From positions 8,743,875 through 8,807,874 of the forward strand of contig OZ316891.1 of NCBI GenBank assembly GCA_973895155.1: a stretch of 64,000 bases of DNA. Reading direction: 5' to 3'. The position numbers and the translations under genes were made by a program. The notes beneath the pieces are model-generated. The model made no database searches, was not told where the DNA came from, and saw only the letters and a list, made by a program, of their open reading frames with translations. Shown here one piece after another: positions 1-10,290 of the stretch; within the stretch, counting starts at the first letter, position 1; every line of letters begins with the position of its first letter. Source of the stretch: Marsupella aquatica. Its lineage: Eukaryota; Plantae; Marchantiophyta.

Positions 1-64
1 GAACACGGTCAATTCTATCAACTACGAGGTACATGATCGTCGGCCTGTCGAATTCAAGGAGGAG

Positions 65-1940
65 TTGAATCAACCGGACTTTACCAAGGCATCTTTAGCC
101 CCAGGAGTTCTCGAATCATTGAAGGAACAATTCTTCAAGGATAAAATTGTTCTATGTTTTGAAGGGGTGGTTAATATCCGACAAGCGGAACTGTGGATAG
201 ATTTGTACAATCAACAGCATATACATCAGTTGGAAATCTTTGAACCTTTAGCAAATGCGCTTTTTGTCATTTCGGTTATCGATACTGATCCTGTTAAAAC
301 AGTACAAGCATTGATTCTTTCGTCTCCCCTCATTCTGGCTGAGTTCCAGCATAGTCGTGCTCTACAGGCTAATCTTTCGGGTAAACCTCTTCACATTGAA
401 GACCGCCAGGTGTCGATTAATGAGTTCTCTCCGAACTTCAACCCAGAGAAGCCAGAGAATTTCAAATATCTAGTTACCATTAAAGTCGCTAAGGCCAATC
501 ACCTTTTATACATGATTATTGATTCGGTATTTCAGAAATTTGGGAAGATTACGCGGCGACATGTCAGTGAAGGAATTGATAAGCACAGTATCATTATCCT
601 TCTGGAGACTAAATATCGTCAGTGGACTTCATCCATCTTATTTCAACTTAGCGCCACAGAGGAGACTACCATACAATTTGAGGTCATTGATAAGCAATTA
701 CGGTGTCAACTCTGTTTCTCTCCCACACATTTGGCGGACCGGTGCTATCAAGGGGACGGAGGGGTGATCAGAGGAGGTCAACAACGATATCAAGGATCGG
801 TACAGGGGCCGCAACGAGACCTCTCCCAACGCAACGAAGTGATCCGAAGGCCGATACAGAAGTTCAGTTGGAGCAGTGCAGTCAACACGGGGAATGCGCA
901 GTATACACAGCAACTGAGAAACAATTGTCCGGAGATCCAAGAGTGGACTAAAGAGCGGCTGATAAGTCAGATCTGCGAAATTGTCCAGTGTCTTCAAGTA
1001 CATTTGCTCCAGAATTGGCTATCAATTTGGCTATCAAGCAGGCTCAGAGTTTAGCCCCCTTCATACTTGAATAAGAAGAAGGAACGTTTGGATAAGGAAA
1101 AAGAGAAGGATAATCAGCCCGAGGTTAGTCATTCAACATCCAAATGTTCATCACATATTCAGCGGAACACTAAAGTAGTGAGTAAGCAGGAGAAGGAGTT
1201 CAGAGACGCACAAGCCTTGGCACTTCGGGAGTGGCAACAAATACAGGAGGTGGAACTCTTGAAAAAAGAGAATCTATCAATTTTGGAAGAGAAAAATCAG
1301 CAGTCTTAAGGGGAAGGCTGTTCAAGAATTGATCACTCCTAGTAATCCTCAGAGCTTTCGCGGTGTTTGTGAATTACTCCCCATACAGGAGACTAACTCA
1401 CTCACAGAAACAGGAGATACTCCTCTGCATCCTAACCTCTTGTGCACTCCGAATCTGAGTGGAATTTTTCCGATTGATTTTGAAGGGATTCCAGCTTCTC
1501 AACTATTCTCTCATCTCCAAGAGTTACACAAGAATATTACTGAGAGGTTAATTACTCTGGCGGGACCAGATACAAAGTCCTTGGAAGTTCCTGTGAATTT
1601 GGTGGGACCATTGGGTACTTTCACATCGGTGAAACAATCGTTAGCAGGCAGCCCTGATTTGGTGGCAAAGCAGTCGCTAGTGGGAAGCCCTGATTTGGTG
1701 GTAAAGGGTTTGTCACTTAAAAGAGGGAGAAAAAGTGCGGTAGCATCTTCATCTCAGATCAAACCTTCTCCTAGGACTCGTCGTCATCTGTTTAAGCATT
1801 TGCCAATTGAAGGTGGAACTAATCAAGTGGGTAGTACATCTTGTCAGATTCCGAGCTCGGGATCTCCTTTTATCCCTGATTCTCAGGTCTTGGTTACTAC
1901 ATCTGATAAGATCACCAAAGAACAGTTACCATCTCAGTAA
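65..1940 (+). pseudogene. LINE ORF1 (gag-like), broken by stops and frameshifts
   Basis: ORF pieces 65-1054, 1067-1309 and 1329-1940. Zinc knuckle CQLCFSPTHLADRC. Lies directly upstream of ORF2. Confidence 0.7.
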
Positions 1941-1965
1941 GTTTGGGTTCCATTTGAGTCCTCTG

Positions 1966-4659
1966 ATGAAATTACATATTGTCTCACACAATTTACAGGG
2001 GCTTTGCGGGATGGACCGTATTGCTAAAGTTTGTCAATTCATTCGAGAGGCATCTCCCAGATTGGATGTCTTTTGTGTACAAGAACATCATCTACGGGCA
2101 GGAAGGCTTCCTATGCTCTCATTTCAGATTTGGAAGGAAGCGGAGATTTTTTTCTGTCCTGCGACAGATGGCATTATGGCATCTAGAGATCCTGCTGCTG
2201 ATTCCGGCAAAGGTGGTTTGTTCATGGCAGTGGGGCCCAGGATGTTACTTCACTTGTTTCAGTCGGGTTCCTTCCGGGGGGAAGGGGAATGTGGTGTTCA
2301 TTTCATCATCCTAAGCTTGGTAAATTTGGTATTATTAATATCTACGCTCCAACTGGTCAAGAAGGAGCATGTGAGCATACTAGGCTTTGGAAGGAAATTT
2401 TTGAAACCATTCCTAATGATCAGGCTTGGATATTGGTGGGCGACTTCAACATGGTTGAAGATCTTATGGACCAAGCTGGCGGAAGACCTCATGTGGTTTC
2501 CGGAAGTGAAAACGGGCTTGGGAACATCTTAAGCGCAAGATGAAATGGGCTGATACTTTCAAAAAAATTCCTGGTCAACTTCGATTCTGGTGGTGTAACA
2601 GAAGGACAGTGGAAAGTGGGGTAAATACAGAACGTATTTACAGGCGTCTTGACAGGTGTTATGCTCCCACGGATTCCTCTCTTGTTCACTTTTTGATTGT
2701 CTCCCGTATTATCCCAGCTCAGTATATGTCTGATCATCACCCTATTTCTGTGATTGGTACTTCGGGGGACCGGTCCCCCTTTCCTTCAAGGTTCAAAATG
2801 AACATCGCACATTTCAAAGATGTTAAGTACCGACAGCAAATGGAGCAACTGTTGGTGAGTGAAGTGACCAGATTGGAACGGAAAAAAGTCCCTCTAGATA
2901 AGTGTCTTGAAATCTGCCTCAAAAAGGCAACTAACTTGGATAGATCCTGGGGGAAAAAACAAGCTATGATTTGTATGCTCAAATTAAATGTGCTAAGAGA
3001 TGTCTTGGCTAAAGCTCAGGTTGATTTGGAACTGGATCCTCAAAATGAGATGTATCAGTTGAGATTCCTTGATTGTCAAAAACAATTGAAGCTGTTGGAG
3101 GAAGGAAAACTTAAATGGATTCAAGAGGCAATGCGAATGAATTGGATTCAGTATGGTGATGTCTGTACGAAGTTACAGTTCAATTCTTTCAAATCCCGAG
3201 CTGCTGCAATGGAAGTCAAGGGTCTCTATGATGCTGACAGGACAGTTCAGAAAGAGTGGGATGCGATGTCTAAGATCGCTACTGATTTCTACACCAATTT
3301 ACTTTCATCTAAGCACATTCCATCTGAAGAAGAGCTGGAAAAGGTGCTAGATAAAGTTAAGATCCAGATCACCCCTGAAGATCAATTGATGCTTGAAGCA
3401 AAACTGACGTTGGCAGAGATTCACATGGCAACGAAGGTGTTGGGTCAACATAAAGCCCCTGGTCATGATGGGGTCCCGGCAGAATTCTTTCTAACCTTTT
3501 GGGATCAGATTGGCCCATCTCTTCTATTGGCGCTCAAGCATGGATTAGAACGGGGATGTTTCAGTACATCCTCCTTTCTGAAAGGGATTATTGTTTTACT
3601 CATGAAGAAATGGGATGAGTTTAAAATTGAAAATAAGCGACCAATATCACTCCTCACTGTGAGCTACAAAGTGGGAACGAAGACGTTTCAATTACGCCTG
3701 GTGAAAATCCTGATCAAGGTCATTTCAACTCAGCAGTATGCGTACTTACCAAGGAGGTCTATTCATCACACACTGCTGTTGACAAATGAAATGATTGATC
3801 AGGCTATGATATCACCGGACCCTTTTGTCTTTTTAAAACTTGACGTCATCAAAGCCTTTGATAGCGTTGAATGGATCTTCATTGAACGGATCATGGAAAA
3901 AATGGGCTTCGGCAGTTTCTTTGTCAAGTTTTTTAAATCCATTATGACCAATGCATCATCCACTATCTTGATCAATGGCAGAACCACGAAGTGTTTTAAG
4001 ATCACTCGTTCTGTTCGGCAGGGGTGCCCGATTTCACCTCTTTTTTCTTGATTGCTATTCAAGGATTGGATTGTGTCTTATCAGATAAACTTTCATCTGG
4101 AGAGTTAGAACGAGTTCGATTCCAGCGAGAAGGGCTTCATCTTGCCCAAAAATTCTACGCTGATAATACTATGATCATTTTGAAAGGTGATAGGCAGAAC
4201 ATTAATATCTGCAAGGAGTTATTTGGATTTTTTGCCACTGCGTCAGGTTTGGCCTGTAACTGGGATACGGCATCTGCGATTCTTTTGAGCAACGGATCTA
4301 TTCCAGCGGACCTGAGTGACTTACAATGGGTTTGGGAGAGCCCGGGTCATTATTCAAAGTTGCTTGGTTTCTTTTTTGGAGCGGATGGGATTGATAAAGC
4401 TCACACATTGATTTACATCAAGGAGGTGCTTGCAAAAAAGCTTGTTCAAATCAATAAGAGACCTTACTCTTTTATGGCCAGGGTTCTGGCGATCAATCAC
4501 ATCATGATGGGCTCTCTTTGGTATACTCTAACCCTTTGGTGTGGAACGGATGAAGAACTGCACACCATTAAAATGGCTATGATTGATTTTCTATGGGCTA
4601 GACAAGCTACTTCGGCTCGTCACCAGATCAGTTTCAATATCCTTGCTCTCCCAAAGAAG
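1966..4659 (+). pseudogene. LINE ORF2 5' part: APE endonuclease plus reverse transcriptase, frameshifted
   Basis: ATG at 1966 (MKLHIVSHNLQG). APE motifs: VFCVQE, INIYAP, LVGDFN, RLDR, SDHHPI. RT motifs: KAPGHDG, RPISLL, KLDVIKAFDSV, RQGCPISP, YADN (degenerate YADD). Confidence 0.92.
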
Positions 4660-4991
4660 TGTCACACCATTTAGAGTGGTAGTAAAGTATATCGTACTAT
4701 CTAGGATATAGAGGTTTTATATGTGTGCTATATGAGCACTTTGTGTTTAGTTTGAGTTGGTGTGAGGGATAGTTATCCCCTTGTGTTGGCTCAAAGGCCT
4801 CATCTTTCAATGTTGAGCCTTTGAGCATGAGCTTGGTGGCTATAGTGTGGCTGACCAGGTTGTGTGCATGTAACGTGGATTCCTTGAAGCACAAGGTGCG
4901 TTGGGCTTGACATATATGTGTGATCGAGTCGGACGGGATCGATGTTGGATTAGCACTGATCGTTGTTCGATTTCATCCAGAAAAGATTACA
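4660..4991 (+). repeat. Repeat block A1 (TG...CA, 332 bp)
   Basis: Near-identical to 13923-14252, with about 3 transitions counted by eye. Confidence 0.93.
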
Positions 4992-5000
4992 TTGAAAGAT
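4989..5000 (+). promoter_or_regulatory. Putative self-priming primer-binding site
   Basis: ACATTGAAAGAT is the exact reverse complement of ATCTTTCAATGT at 4802-4813 inside block A. No TGG-type tRNA PBS follows the CA end at 4991. Confidence 0.6.
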
Positions 5001-5569
5001 CACTGCAAGTTGATTCAAAGCTGTTCGAAGCTTGCTGTATTGCAGAGTTGATCCATGGTAGCTTGGATTGTTGAGATCTTGCTGGTTGACTTGTGGTAGC
5101 TCAAGTCAGATCAGCCGTTGGTAGATTGGAGATTGTGAGCTATTGATTGCTCTGAGAGTACAGCGTGGTGCTGTTTGAAGCTCTCTGATAGTTTGTTCAT
5201 TGAAGTTCTCTCTGGAGTTGATTACCGGATTGACATTTGGAGCTTCTCGAAGCTATGGCAATGAGGGATTGATCGAAGATCAGAAGGCGCCTCAAGTGGT
5301 AGTTGCTACATTGTGTTTTTGGAGTTCTAGTCCTTATCGATTGCGTTGCAGCATCGCAAAGACTATTGCGGATTTGAGATTCGTTGATGGATAGTACACT
5401 TTTACGAAGAAAGTGACAATCAAATGTTGGTGAATTGCGTTGTCGGCGTCACGATGGAGTCCGCGTTGCGACGAGGTGCGGCAGCGACCTAGGGCACAAG
5501 GAAAACGACAATATTGTTGAACAGTGTTTTGGTCCGAGAATTGCGGCGTGTTTTGTGGCGCGCCTTGTT

Positions 5570-5942
5570 TTGGACTAGGATCATCCGAGTCCAATTGTGG
5601 GTTGTCTCTTGAGACTTCATTTTGACTCAAAGTTGGATTTGGATTGGGATCATCCGAGTCCAATTGTGGGTTGTCTCTTGAGACCGCATTTTGACTCGAA
5701 GTTGGATTTGGACTAGGATCATCCCAATCCAACTGTACATTGACAACGTTGGAGACTTGATTTTGGGCGAAGGTGAAATTGGATTGGGATCATCTCAATC
5801 CAACTGTATGTTGGCGTGTCCAGAGACCTCATCTGGACCTTGAAGTGGATTTGGATTAGGATCAACCCAATCCAACTGTATCTTGGTGACTTCACCTGTG
5901 TAGAGGATGTGAAGGACTTGGACTGGGATCATCCCACTCCAA
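5570..5942. repeat. Array of six 25-bp palindromes (consensus TTGGATTGGGATCATCCCAATCCAA) at 67-72 bp period
   Basis: Copies start at 5570, 5639, 5708, 5779, 5851 and 5918. Arms are 12 bp around a 1-nt centre. Confidence 0.9.
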
Positions 5943-6194
5943 CTTGTGGACCGGGCGTCCGAATGACTATTGAATGGATTTGAATTGGAGGTTCACCCCG
6001 ACATAGCGAAGTGTGGCGGGTGTGAAGGGCTCCCTTAGGCTCATCTCGGCGTTTCAAGGCGACTCGTGACGAGGGGCGTGAGGACGGAACAGGAGCCAGA
6101 CCGGAGCGGGCCGCAAGGTAGCTTGTTGGTACGTGAGGAGTAGTTGACAATTGGTTGGTTTGGAGTGCCTAAGTTGGTGCATAACTCCAAGGGG

Positions 6195-6265
6195 GGAGGT
6201 CACCCATCCCAAAGCTATTCCTCTTGCGCGTGCTTAACCATGGAGTTCTTATGGCATGTAGTGTA
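6195..6265 (-). ncRNA. 5S rRNA-derived segment (Pol III internal promoter A-box/C-box region) within the retrotransposon leader
   Basis: The plus strand reads GGAGGTCACCCATCC...GCTTAACcatGGAGTTCTtATGG. This matches the reverse complement of plant 5S rRNA (C-box GGATGGGTGACCTCC and A-box GTTAAGC region) at about the right spacing. The 5S ends are not conserved. Confidence 0.72.
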
Positions 6266-6568
6266 CACACAAGTTTTCACAACTTGTTGTCTAAGTTAAA
6301 GGGCCAGGGGGCTTTATACACTTATTAGTTTGTCTAGAGACCTGTTTTGGGCCAAATTAGATGCTACTTGGAGGTTTTTGATGCTTCTGAATCCATCTAG
6401 ATGCATAGATTGGATTAATTTTTCATGGATTCTTAGCTACAACCTTGGGGCATTGTGAAGCCTATTATGAAGGTGATGGTGATGATTTAGGGCAGATTTG
6501 TCATCACGGATTCTTCGGGTGCTACGGAACTGTCCGAGGGACAAAGGACCGGTTTCACTCGAAGTGGG

Positions 6569-8284
6569 GTGCCGTTTCGGCCAACGACATTGATAGCAGT
6601 TCCAAGTGCAGCTTCAGATAGTGATTCTGACAAGGACTCTGTGACCAGTTCTCCTTGTCATCGGGTGATTGCACCTTTGTTGTGGGATATGGAAGAGATG
6701 TACGGGGCTACAAAGGGTCCACGACGATACTCTGGTGCAGTTGGCACGATTGATCTGGATGACTTCATCCAGGAGTTTGATACGTGGTGCGACATGCAGT
6801 CATTGCGTAATGCCACGTTGTTTACCCCTTTCATGGCATGGAAGGGATTATTTCAGCATTTGGAGGGGCCACCCATGGATGATTACCATGAGTTTTGGAA
6901 GGCTCATTTGGTTGAGATTGAGGCATGGAGGCAGCATTGGTCACCTAATTATGTGTCCATCACCTATGGCACTAGAGCGGCTGCCCAACCCATTGCTATA
7001 GCTGTTGCTTCTTCTAGTAGCACTAGCCAGAGTGGCACACCATCTACCAGTACCACTCCAACAACATCCACCGCTACTCCTACCAGTGCGATTGTGACAG
7101 GGGTTGGAGTCACGCCAACATTTAACCCTGTGGTGGAGTTCTTTGAAGTATTAAAGCAAAACTATCAGGGTGTGAGGACTGATAAGTTGAAGGGTCTCCA
7201 GGAGTTTCAGTGCAAGACTGAAGAGAGTCTACGTGAGGCATACACTCGTATGCGCAGATTGATCATTGTCACCAAGGGAGTGACAGAGGCTCAAGCAGTC
7301 CAATTTTGGTATGCAATTCTGGATAGAGAATTGCGACGTAGAGTGAGAGATGTCACTCTGCTTAGGGATGCAGATCCCACATTGGCAGTTGTTTTTACAC
7401 TTTCTGAGCGAATTGAGCTCAATATGGTGAATGAGAAGGTGGTGACTTCCGGATTTGCCAAGGAAGCACCCAAGGTTGCATCTACATCCACACCACAGCC
7501 TGTTGCACGGAAGAGCCAGAGGGAGAAGCCTACTGCACGAGAGTCTACCAGTCAGAGACCTGTGCCTTCCTATGTTGGACAACAATCAGGATGTTGGACC
7601 TGTGGTGGGGATCATGCGCAGCGGTATTGCCCTGATCCTAGAGGGTCAGGAGGGGCCTCAGCAACTGATCAGCGGTAGTGTGATCATTGTGGAGCTCCTG
7701 GACACACCAAGGATAGGTGTTTCTCACTCCATCCCGAGTTACGGAGAGGAGGACAACGCACACATGATCAGGGAAGAGGAGGTAGAGGTGGTGGTCATGG
7801 CCGAGGTATGCCACATGTAGCGAGGCAGGGAGGTGATGTTGCTCCTGCTGTGACCACAGATCCTAAGGATGCTAAGATTGCTCAATTGGAGCAACAACTA
7901 GCTGCTATGGCTAGTTCTCAGGTGAGACCTGCTTCTGGTGATGGGGCTTCTACATCCTATGGGGCTTCCACATCTTATGGGGCTGATGGAGATCTTGCCA
8001 CCATGGGATTCATGTGTGGCACTGCACACATTGATGCATCAACAGTTTTGACGTGTGGGGCAGCAAAAGCTCTTGAGCCCCGAGGAGCAGTAGTGGACCT
8101 AGATCCATAGAGGGGGGATGCACGTCGTCAGACAAAGCTTCCTCAGTCTTTTACATTGTCAGAGACAGTTCAGACTGCCTCTATGAACCCGATTCGGACA
8201 AACCCTAGCGTGGGTAAGTTGGCAGAATCAGGTAGTGATGCAACAGGGATGACAGGTACCCTACTGGGGCGGCTACTACCATAG
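6569..8284 (+). pseudogene. Gag with two CCHC zinc knuckles, in-frame TAG stops at 7676 and 8108
   Basis: Capsid-like region (ESLREAYTRMRRL). Knuckles CWTCGGDHAQRYC (7592) and CDHCGAPGHTKDRC (7679) in one frame. First ATG at 6689. Confidence 0.85.
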
Positions 8285-9345
8285 TGCGCACCCCATTATT
8301 TTCAGCTACAGACATGCTGAACTTGGGAGTTGGTCCTGCAGAAGTGTTCAGATTGGCAGCTACACTCTGTGAGGACACTCCAGTTGTTGCTTCCCATGCA
8401 AAAGCAGCTTGCAGTGTTGAAGCTGTGAAGACCATGCCACCTACGGCTACTAGCGAGACCTGGCATGCAGCAACAGCGAGGTTGGTGGATTTACCAGCAC
8501 GCCCTGCATTTGAGAGGACTAGGTTTAAACCTAGTGTTGTGTCATTGGATAATCGGAGTGGTATCTTCCGATTAGTTGGGTCTACTGGAGCCATATACCA
8601 GCTAGAGAGAGTGTTACTGGATACTGGTGCTCAGCCCTTGATGTTGGGTAAGTCTGCGGTACGAGGATTGGCATTGCGTCCAGATGATCTGGAGGAGTGT
8701 CCCTTTCCTATTCAGACTTCATTGGGGGGACCTACACCCACACAGCACATCACCAGACGACCACTTGAATTGAGGATTCAGGAGGGTCATGCCAAGGATA
8801 GCTCCCACATACGAGCGCGAGCTATTTTGACTAAGGCCAAGTCCTATGACGTGTTGGTGGGATGTACAGTGTTGTACCCCATGGGATTTATTCTTGATTT
8901 TTTGGATGAATCAGTGTCATACAGACCTGATTGGCAGTCAGGAGATGCTCGATTGAGCAGGTTGCCAGTGCAATTTAGTGGACCTGTGGGAGGCCCTAAA
9001 CCCACACTATTGTCTTTGGCAGCCTTCAGTGGTGTGATCACTGGTCCTGATGATTTGATGAAGGGTAATGCACATGCAGCAGATGTTCCATCAGTGGAGG
9101 AGTCACATGAGGAGCAGATGGTGCGAAGGAGCAACTTGGATTGGGATGATCCCAATCCAACTAGTGTTGTGCCACCAGTATGGGGTACTACACAAGCCTT
9201 GCCGCAGAGGGCAACACAATTGGTACATGATGCATGGCGTCATGCTTTTACACCACAGTCAAGAGCAAAGAAATCTCCTACAGGTGGACCAGTGACTCTT
9301 TCACCATTGGATACCACTCCTATTGCATGGCAGTATCCACCAGAG

Positions 9346-10290
9346 GGTATTTGTTTGCTTGATCTATTTGGTGGAATTAGCACTGGATTGGCTACTATTC
9401 TTCAGGCAGGAATTCCTGTGCGTCGATACTTGTATGTGGAGACAGATGAGACAACACGGAGAGTCTCATTGCGCCATGTGGCTATGTTGGTAGACCGTTA
9501 TCCACAGTTGTTGCCAGTGGATGTTGTTCGTGGCTATTAGCATGCATTGCCGGCTGATATTTCATTGCTGGGGGCGGATCATTTGGATCGCGTTGGCCCC
9601 ATTGATTTGGTGATTGCTGGTTGGTCATGTCAAGGCCAATCAAGAGCTGGAGTTGGACATGGACTTCATGATCCACGCTCTGCATTATTTTGGGAGATGT
9701 TACGGGTATTGCGTCATCTCCAGTTACACCAAACACATTCCCCTGCCTATATTTTGGAGAATATGCCACTATTGGGTGATGAGCGTCATCGACTTGTTGC
9801 TAGTGTTCATCAGGTCAGATCTTGGATTGGACCTGCTGTATTATTGGATGCTGCACGTATGGGTTCTCGTGCACATCGTCCACGCTTGTGGTGGACTAAT
9901 TTGTTACCTTGTGAAGTGTTGAAGCGAGCATTTGATAGCATTCCTCGCTCAGCATCCTTGGTGGTGGATGATATTTTGGATCCAGGGCGTTGTGCACAAC
10001 ATGTGACCCAGTCTGACATATCTCCATTGGCAGTGGTCAATGTAGTTGGTCGTCCGCATTGTGCATTACCCACTTTTGTGAGCCATTCTACTTCATATGC
10101 ATTTAGAGCAGGTGGGCCTGGACTTGTATGGGATACAACGCTACAGCAATTAGTGGAGCCTACTACTGATGAAAGAGAGCGTGCTATGGGATTTTTGACA
10201 GGCACTACTGCAGTTGCCTCGGTGTCAGAGAGTTCACGCCGCCAAGTCCTTGGTCAAGCCATGGATTTGAATTGCTTGACTTGGATTATC
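9346..10290 (+). other. C5 DNA cytosine methyltransferase domain (DNMT3-like) within Pol
   Basis: Motif I LDLFGGISTG; IV DLVIAGWSCQG (PC changed to SC); VI YILENM; VIII AHRPRLWWTN; IX ERERAMGF; X RRQVLGQAMD. All in canonical order. Confidence 0.9.

Noticed and set aside
5334-5732. Minus-strand ORF with DPSPNPT repeats
   Set aside because: It is a translation of the palindrome array with no independent coding evidence.
5570-5942. CRISPR array
   Set aside because: Eukaryotic retrotransposon context, no cas genes, and spacers are homologous to one another, indicating tandem duplication.
6195-6265. Functional 5S rRNA gene
   Set aside because: Only the internal control region matches; both 5S termini are missing.
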